From the NCBI GenBank assembly GCA_964016885.1, contig OZ024745.1:108810001-108874000 (forward strand): a stretch of DNA of 64,000 bases, in the 5' to 3' direction. A program made the position numbers and the translations under genes. Positions 57,492-64,000 of this stretch are shown piece after piece (positions within the stretch are counted from its first letter, which is position 1; each line of letters begins with the position of its first letter). The DNA comes from Eledone cirrhosa (lineage: Eukaryota). The notes beneath the pieces are model-generated. The model ran no database searches, had not been told where the DNA came from, and saw only the letters and a list, made by a program, of their open reading frames with translations.

Positions 57492-57692
57492 TAACGAAGG
57501 AAATGTGGTAAGGAACCAGGTGGACCATAACGCACCAAAGTACTCAATACTTAGGGTAGTAGAGTGGGTAATAAGAACAAATAAGACCCCGACGGCTGAG
57601 CTCAAGCCGTTTCGACGGCTAATTCTGGACTAATTCAGTCCAGAATTAGCCGTCGAAACGGCTTGAGCTCAGCCGTGGGGGTCTTACTTGTT

Positions 57693-57694
<2 letters not shown>
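57492..57694. mobile_element. PLE-like terminus family B, fold-back palindrome
   Basis: Centre GACGGCTAATTCTGGACT-aattc-AGTCCAGAATTAGCCGTC. Confidence 0.78.
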
Positions 57695-57735
<41 letters not shown>

Positions 57736-57876
57736 TTATTAAAATAACAGATTAAAGTTTAAGCCAAGAATCGCTGCTTTCACCCTTAACGGGATCTTCT
57801 GAAACAGTTTCAGAAGATCCCGTTAAGGGTCAGAGCAGCGATTCTTTGATTAAACTTTAATCTGTTATTTTAATAA
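57736..57876. ncRNA. Palindrome of two hammerhead-like motifs with CAGAAGA core variant
   Basis: GTTT-CAGAAGA-TCCC-gttaa-GGGT-GAAA-GC..GC-TT-AAAC on the minus arm; axis at 57806. Related copies at 51983 and 62130-62178. Confidence 0.6.
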
Positions 57877-58214
57877 ATATTTGCTCTACGGTTCTTATAT
57901 ATTTGATATATATTTATCCTTATCGAGCCCTCTTTGGATTTTAGTCTTCAAATTTATTATTATTACTATATATATATATATATATATACATATGCACATA
58001 CACACACACACATTACATACATATATATATATATATATGACCATGGGATTTGCAGCTAGAAAGTTTCCGTAACTTAGACTAGACAAAAGTATTACGGTGG
58101 TCGACGCCCCAGCATGGCCACAACCAACAGAATGAAATAAACAAAAAAATGAAAGAGATGACTAAAAGAACATACATACATACATACATACATACATACA
58201 TAAATACATACATG

Positions 58215-59175
58215 TATCATTAGAATAGCCACTGATCTGGAGGAGAGATATGGAATAAAGCCTCATATAAATCTCTCACCCAGAGAAATCGGAAGATCCT
58301 ATTCAATGTTCAAACAAGATGAAAAAATTGACCAATTTACAGAAAAAGTTGTGCATGGATACTTGAGACGTAAAACACAGACCATAGAGGGGATAAACCA
58401 CTCAAAAAGCCTGGCATGAAGTACCGACAAGTTTATGACATCACACCTTGAGGGATATCTCTATGCAATACAGGAACAAGAACTCCCTACCAAATATCTG
58501 CTGTACAAAAGGGGAGGGCCATCAGCTGACAATAAATGTAGGCTATGTAAAACAAAGATCGAGGATGTAAGCCACATTGTTGCCAGCTGCGAAAGAATGT
58601 CATCTCGCTACTATCTCCCCATGAGACACGATGGGATAGCTAGAACCATCAAAACAAAGTTAACAACAAACGAGGAAGAATATATTGAGACAGATGGCAC
58701 TAAGGAATACTGGTGGAACCTGAAAATAAAAACTGCCACCAAATTAAAGCACAACCGGCCTGATATTGTTGTTTGGGACCACACATTGAAAACGTGTTCT
58801 GTTGTGGAGATCAGCTGCCCACTTGATGTAAAGGTTGTCAGAAAAATACAGGAGAAGGAGGACATCTACGGACCATTGATGAGGAGTTTACAAATCCAGT
58901 AACCAAGATACACCTTTAGCTTCATACCCATCATTATTGGAGCTATGGGTTATATACCAACCCGCTTGGACCAAAGTATGACTGAACTTGGATTTGCTGA
59001 CAAAGAGTGCAGCTCCCTAATTCATAGTCTACAAATGACTGCGATAGCTGGCACCTTCAAAATGTGCAAAACATTCTTGCGATTCAAGGGATAACAATTT
59101 CTTTTCTTTTACAACCTTGCCACCAGGAAGGTGGCCGGTCAAAAAAATATACTCGAAATTAAGAGAAAGAGATAA
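58215..59175 (+). pseudogene. R4/Dong-clade non-LTR retrotransposon, 5'-truncated (CCHC finger plus RLE)
   Basis: AIQEQELPTK, CRLC..EDVSHIVASC, RHD, HNRPDIVVWD..VEISCP..KEDIY, PIIIGAMG. In-frame stops at ~58419 and ~58902; the ORF ends at 59094. Confidence 0.9.
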
Positions 59176-59196
59176 CGTGTGTATGCATTAAAATGA

Positions 59197-59408
59197 TGGT
59201 TTCTGATTTAGGCAGAAGGCCAACAATTTTGAGAGGAAGGGAATGTCGATTAAATCGACCCCAGTGCATTACTGGTACTTTATTTTATCGACTCCGTAAG
59301 AATGAAAAGCAAAGCTAACCTCGGCGAGATTTGAACTCAGAACTTCAAGGGCCGTAACTCTATGAGGCGAAGCAGGGTGTCCGACGCTCTACCAACACTG
59401 CCAATCCA
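59197..59408 (-). mobile_element. Major tRNA-SINE family 1
   Basis: Reverse complement of the family 1 sequence. Confidence 0.88.
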
Positions 59409-60035
59409 AATAATGAAAACAAAGAATTCTTGACTCATATACTCGTTTTACTATTAATTCCCTTTCAGTTCCTTAAAAATCCAGTTACAAAGTAAAGACA
59501 TAATATATTTGTTTCTACTTTAGGCACAAGGCCAGCAATTACCCAGTGCATTACTGGTACTTTATTTTATCGACCCCGTAAGGATGAAAGGCAAAGTCAA
59601 CCTCGGCGGGATTTGAACTCAGATCGTAAAGGGACGTGAGCACATTTGATTTGCACCGTGGAAGAAGTTTTCAACCTTTTAAAAACACGCAAATACATTA
59701 TATTTAGTCGAGGTTAACTTTGCCTTTCATCCTTGTGGGGTCGATAAAAAAAAGTACCAGTAATGTACTGGTTAATTGCTGGCCTTGTGCCAAAAGTAGA
59801 AACAATTATATTTACTTTTAGTTATTAGGTTTTTATATTTTTAGTTTTTTGGAGGTTTTTTTTTCTTTTTTTTTTCCATGTATTCTTTAAGGTATATAAA
59901 AGATATTTGTCACACCACTGAAAACATTTTACATGGCTTAAACTGTGTGTGCCGCCCGGGGCAGCCCTTCCGTTTGTCGCCACCGTGCCCCTACATAAAA
60001 ATTCATATTAGTCAGTGACTCACTCATAAAGTTAG

Positions 60036-60127
<92 letters not shown>

Positions 60128-60378
60128 CCCGGGTTCAATCAGGGAAAACCACAGTAAGTAAGGTGTGTGTGTGCATTATTAAGTTTGATAAAACAAAGTA
60201 CCAGTAATGTACTGGGTAATTTGCTGGCCTTGTGCCAAAAGTAAAAACAATTATTAATGTATACAAAGAAGATAAATCTGCAAAAAAAAAATTTATATTT
60301 GTGACTGTATATTTCTCTGCGTGTGTGTGTGTGTATGTGTGTGTGTGTATGCACGCGTGCGAATGAAGCTCTGTGTGT

Positions 60379-60416
<38 letters not shown>

Positions 60417-60711
60417 GTGTGTGTGTGTATGCCTACTGGATGAATAAGGTGAAGCAACAGGTCGATTGCCAGAACCCTAGGTTCGGCGAATAAATCAACT
60501 TAACTTGCGTTGGGATAAATATATATGTATGTATATATGTGTGTGTATGTATATATGTATGTGTATGTGTATGTGTGCATAAACAATATACGCATTTAAG
60601 AGAAGCAGCTTATGGCACCCTCTTTTTCCGTCTTTAAGGGTCTTCGCCCTATTTTATAAACTATTCCATAGCATTTCTGCTATCTAGGGAATATATATAT
60701 ATATATATTTT

Positions 60712-60906
60712 AGAAGGGTGTGGTAAAAAGCCATGTGGACTATATCCCACCAGAGTACTTGATACTTGGGGTTGTAGAGTGCGTAATATGAAAAGATTCA
60801 GGACCCCGACGGCTGAGCTCCGGCCGTTTCGACAGCTAGATCCGAACATTCGGATCTAGCTGTCGAAACGGCCGGAGCTCAGCCGTCAGGGTCCTGATTC
60901 TTTTCA
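60712..60906. mobile_element. PLE-like terminus family B2, fold-back palindrome
   Basis: Centre CAGCTAGATCCGAA-ca-TTCGGATCTAGCTG, then TC-GAAA-CGGC-cggagctca-GCCG-TC. Confidence 0.78.
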
Positions 60907-60924
60907 TATATATATATATATATA

Positions 60925-61074
60925 TATAGAATTCACATGAGTGAAAGTTCTGTTCAAACCATTTATTAGCTTACAATTGTTTCAACCAAACCGAGGTTTG
61001 GAGTCGGTTTGGATGAAACAATTGTAAGCTAATAAATGGTTTGAACAGAACTTTCATTCATGTAATTTCTATAT
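60925..61074. repeat. Fold-back palindrome with hammerhead 3' half
   Basis: Centre CCAAACC..GGTTTGG, then AT-GAAA-CAATTG-TA-AGCT. Confidence 0.7.
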
Positions 61075-61252
61075 AACTGCTCTGTAGAACAACTGATGTT
61101 ATTACATTGAGCTATTTATCTTACTGGTAATAAGGTAGTAATAAATTACTGCCTTTCACTGTTTAGGGTTTAAAATATATATAACTATAAAAAGTTTTAG
61201 TATATACATAACCATAAATAGTATCCTTAATACTATATATATATATATATAT

Positions 61253-61388
61253 AATTGTTTCTACTTTAGGCACAAGACCAGCAATTACCCAGTGCATTAA
61301 TGGTACTTTATTTTATCGACCCCGTAAGGATGAAAGGCAAAGTCAACCTCGGCGGGATTTGAACTCAGATCGTAAAGGGACGTAACTA
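61253..61388 (-). mobile_element. Major tRNA-SINE family 1, 5'-truncated
   Basis: Core and tail present. Confidence 0.9.
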
Positions 61389-61869
61389 TAATGAGGGTAG
61401 AGTCCCGATGGGGATCGGGAAACATTCCTCTATGATTTCATGTGACAGAAACAGTTCTAATCATGTAGAATTCATTTGTATATGTATTCATTCATATATA
61501 TGACACAGGTCTTTGCGATGCACTTTGGCAGTTTCGACCCCTACCAAGGGTTATAGATTGAAAACGAGGTTTCTCATTAAGGTCGTTATTGATAAACCAC
61601 GAATCTACTGAACCACCTCTTATATATATATATATATACACACACACATACACACATACACACACACACACACAAATATACATATATATATATATATGCA
61701 AAAGTTCTGTTCTATTTAAAATTGTTGGGATACAACAAGTAAATATTTTTATAACTGATATAAAGCACTCGACAAGTATTTGGAGTAGATATACGATATG
61801 ACTTCCAAAAACAATGGTTGCATTTTAATAGGGTACGTCAACGCTTATTTGTAAAACTGTTATATATTG

Positions 61870-61934
61870 TATTTTGTCTGATGAAAGCATACCATAATTT
61901 AATTTGGTATCCCTGAAATATGTATAATGAAATA
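61870..61934 (+). ncRNA. Type I hammerhead ribozyme, family C
   Basis: TATTTTGT-CTGATGA-AAGC-ATACCA-loop-TGGTAT-CCCT-GAAA-TATGTA-TA-ATGAAATA. Confidence 0.72.
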
Positions 61935-62200
61935 AATATGGTTTTATAAATATAGTTTCCATTTATTAATATCGTATATATATATATATATATATAGTGA
62001 AAATTGGAAAAGGAACAAAACAGAGAGGCAGTACAAACAAAGGTTTATTAGTTTCACGCTCTTGAGGGTGAGGGAGGGCTCGATAAGGATTATATATATA
62101 CATATAGAAATCCGTAGAGCAATATTTATAAAAGTTTAAGCAAAAAATCGCTGCTTTCACCCTTAACAGGATCTTCTGTATATATATATATATATATATA

Positions 62201-62410
62201 GAAGGAATTGTGGTAAGGAACCAGTTGGACCATAACGCACCAGAATACTCAATACTTAGGGTATCGGAAAAAGTCCAGAAATAGCCGTCGAAACGGCTTG
62301 AGCTCTGCCGTCGGGGTCATTCTTTTTCCTATTACCCACTCTACTACCCTAAGTATTGAGTACTCAGGTGCGTTATGGTCCATCTGGTTCCTTACCACAA
62401 TTCCTTCGTT
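62201..62410. mobile_element. PLE-like terminus family B with inverted tail copy
   Basis: 62201-62263 is the reverse complement of ~62345-62407. Confidence 0.75.
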
Positions 62411-62427
62411 ATATATATATATATAAG

Positions 62428-62618
62428 GGCGGTGGATTGGCAGTATCGGTAGAGGGTCGGGCGCCATGCTTTGAAGCATAGAGTTACCTCCCTTTATTAT
62501 CTGAGTTCAAATCCCGCCGAGATTAACTTTGCCTTTCATCCTTACGGTGGGGTCGATAAAATAAAGTACCAGTAATGCACTGGGATAATTGCTGACCTGG
62601 TGCCAAAAGTAGAAACAG

Positions 62619-62620
<2 letters not shown>
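62428..62620 (+). mobile_element. Major tRNA-SINE family 1, full length
   Basis: A/B boxes, core and tail present. Confidence 0.92.
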
Positions 62621-62662
<42 letters not shown>

Positions 62663-62776
62663 GATTCTTTGCTTAAACTTTTATAAATATTTGCTCTACG
62701 GGTTTATATATATATATATATAATCCTTATCAAGCCCTCTTCGGATTTTAGTCTTCACATTTATTATTACTATATA

Positions 62777-62841
<65 letters not shown>

Positions 62842-62949
62842 TTTTAATGCGATGAAATACCAATGATGGTTGGAAAATCACTGACGAAGGACTATTTTTA
62901 TCATATGTAACCTATGTGCAATCACGCAGTATTCTTCTTTCTTCTCATG

Positions 62950-63027
<78 letters not shown>

Positions 63028-63092
63028 CAAGAGCGTGAGACTAATAAACCTTTGTTTGTACTGCCTCTCTGTTTTTGTTCCCGTTCCAGTTT

Positions 63093-63190
<98 letters not shown>

Positions 63191-63370
63191 TGTGTGTGTG
63201 TGTATATATATATATGACCAAAAATTAGTATGGTTCGTTGATTACTCAACGAATACAATTTTACAATAGATTAGAAGCACCCAACAAAAAGTTTTCCTGG
63301 AGTTTTTAATATTATTCAAAGATGTTAACAATAATCAAGACCGTGGCGGTATGTCATATATCAAATCATA

Positions 63371-63433
63371 TATTTTATCTGATGAAAACGTACTGAAACA
63401 ACACAGTACCTTTGAAATATATATAATAAAGTA
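63371..63433 (+). ncRNA. Type I hammerhead ribozyme
   Basis: TATTTTAT-CTGATGA-AAA.GTACTG-loop-CAGTAC.TTT-GAAA-TATATA-TA-ATAAAGTA; stem II covaries relative to family C. Confidence 0.82.
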
Positions 63434-63596
63434 TATATTTTGATTATGCGAATATTTTTCATATGTTAACATTTTGAATAATATATATACCGTATATATA
63501 TATATATAGTAAAAAATTGAACGGGAACAAAACAGAGAGGCAGTACGAACAAAGGTTTGTTAGTTTCACGCTCTTGAGAGTGGGGTGGTGGTGGGG

Positions 63597-63630
63597 AACG
63601 ACGTTTCGGGCATAAGCCCTTCTTCGGGTG
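63597..63630 (-). ncRNA. Degenerate minimal hammerhead motif
   Basis: CAC-CCGAAGA-A-GGGC-ttat-GCCC-GAAA-CG-TC-GTT. The sister copy at 52203-52236 has CTGAAAA...GAAACGTCGTG, so the consensus would be intact. Confidence 0.55.
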
Positions 63631-63951
63631 AAAAGTGTGTGGGAAGAGAGTTCCAAGGGTGTGTTGGGGAGAGGTGGAGAGACATATAGAAAAAAGGGGG
63701 TGAGAGGAAACGGTACAAATGAAATTAAATATAAAAGCATAATATATATATGCATAAATACAAAAGTATTTCATCATACATATTTATTTAATTTTATTAT
63801 TTTTATATTTTCAGTCATTAGACTTCGCCCATGCTGGGGTACAACATTGTAGAGATTAAATCGATCGTATCGATACCACATCTTTTTTTTTCTTTTTTTC
63901 TTTTTAAAGCCTGGAATATATTTTATCGATCTGTATTGTTGTGACATAAAC

Positions 63952-64000
<49 letters not shown>

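Overview
Eukaryotic, AT-rich, microsatellite-saturated DNA. Composition and SINE content suggest a cephalopod (octopus-like) genome, but this is inference. No host protein-coding gene can be supported, and almost all listed ORFs are microsatellite artefacts. Recognisable content: about 28 copies of one tRNA-derived SINE, a second SINE family, hAT and Tc1/mariner-type MITEs with TSDs, and truncated non-LTR retrotransposons (RTE, CRE, R4/Dong, Tx1-like, and a Penelope GIY-YIG remnant). The striking signal is a dense, diverse set of short inserts inside (TA)n tracts. They carry type I hammerhead ribozymes, usually with palindromic stem III loops, typical of Penelope-like element (PLE) termini. 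Many are fold-back palindromes hinged on or just upstream of a ribozyme helix. In at least eight dissimilar families, a covarying RCUC-[stem-loop]-UY-GAGY bulged hairpin lies about 25-65 nt downstream of the predicted cleavage site; I do not recognise it as a described motif. Boundaries were read by eye and are approximate to a few bases.
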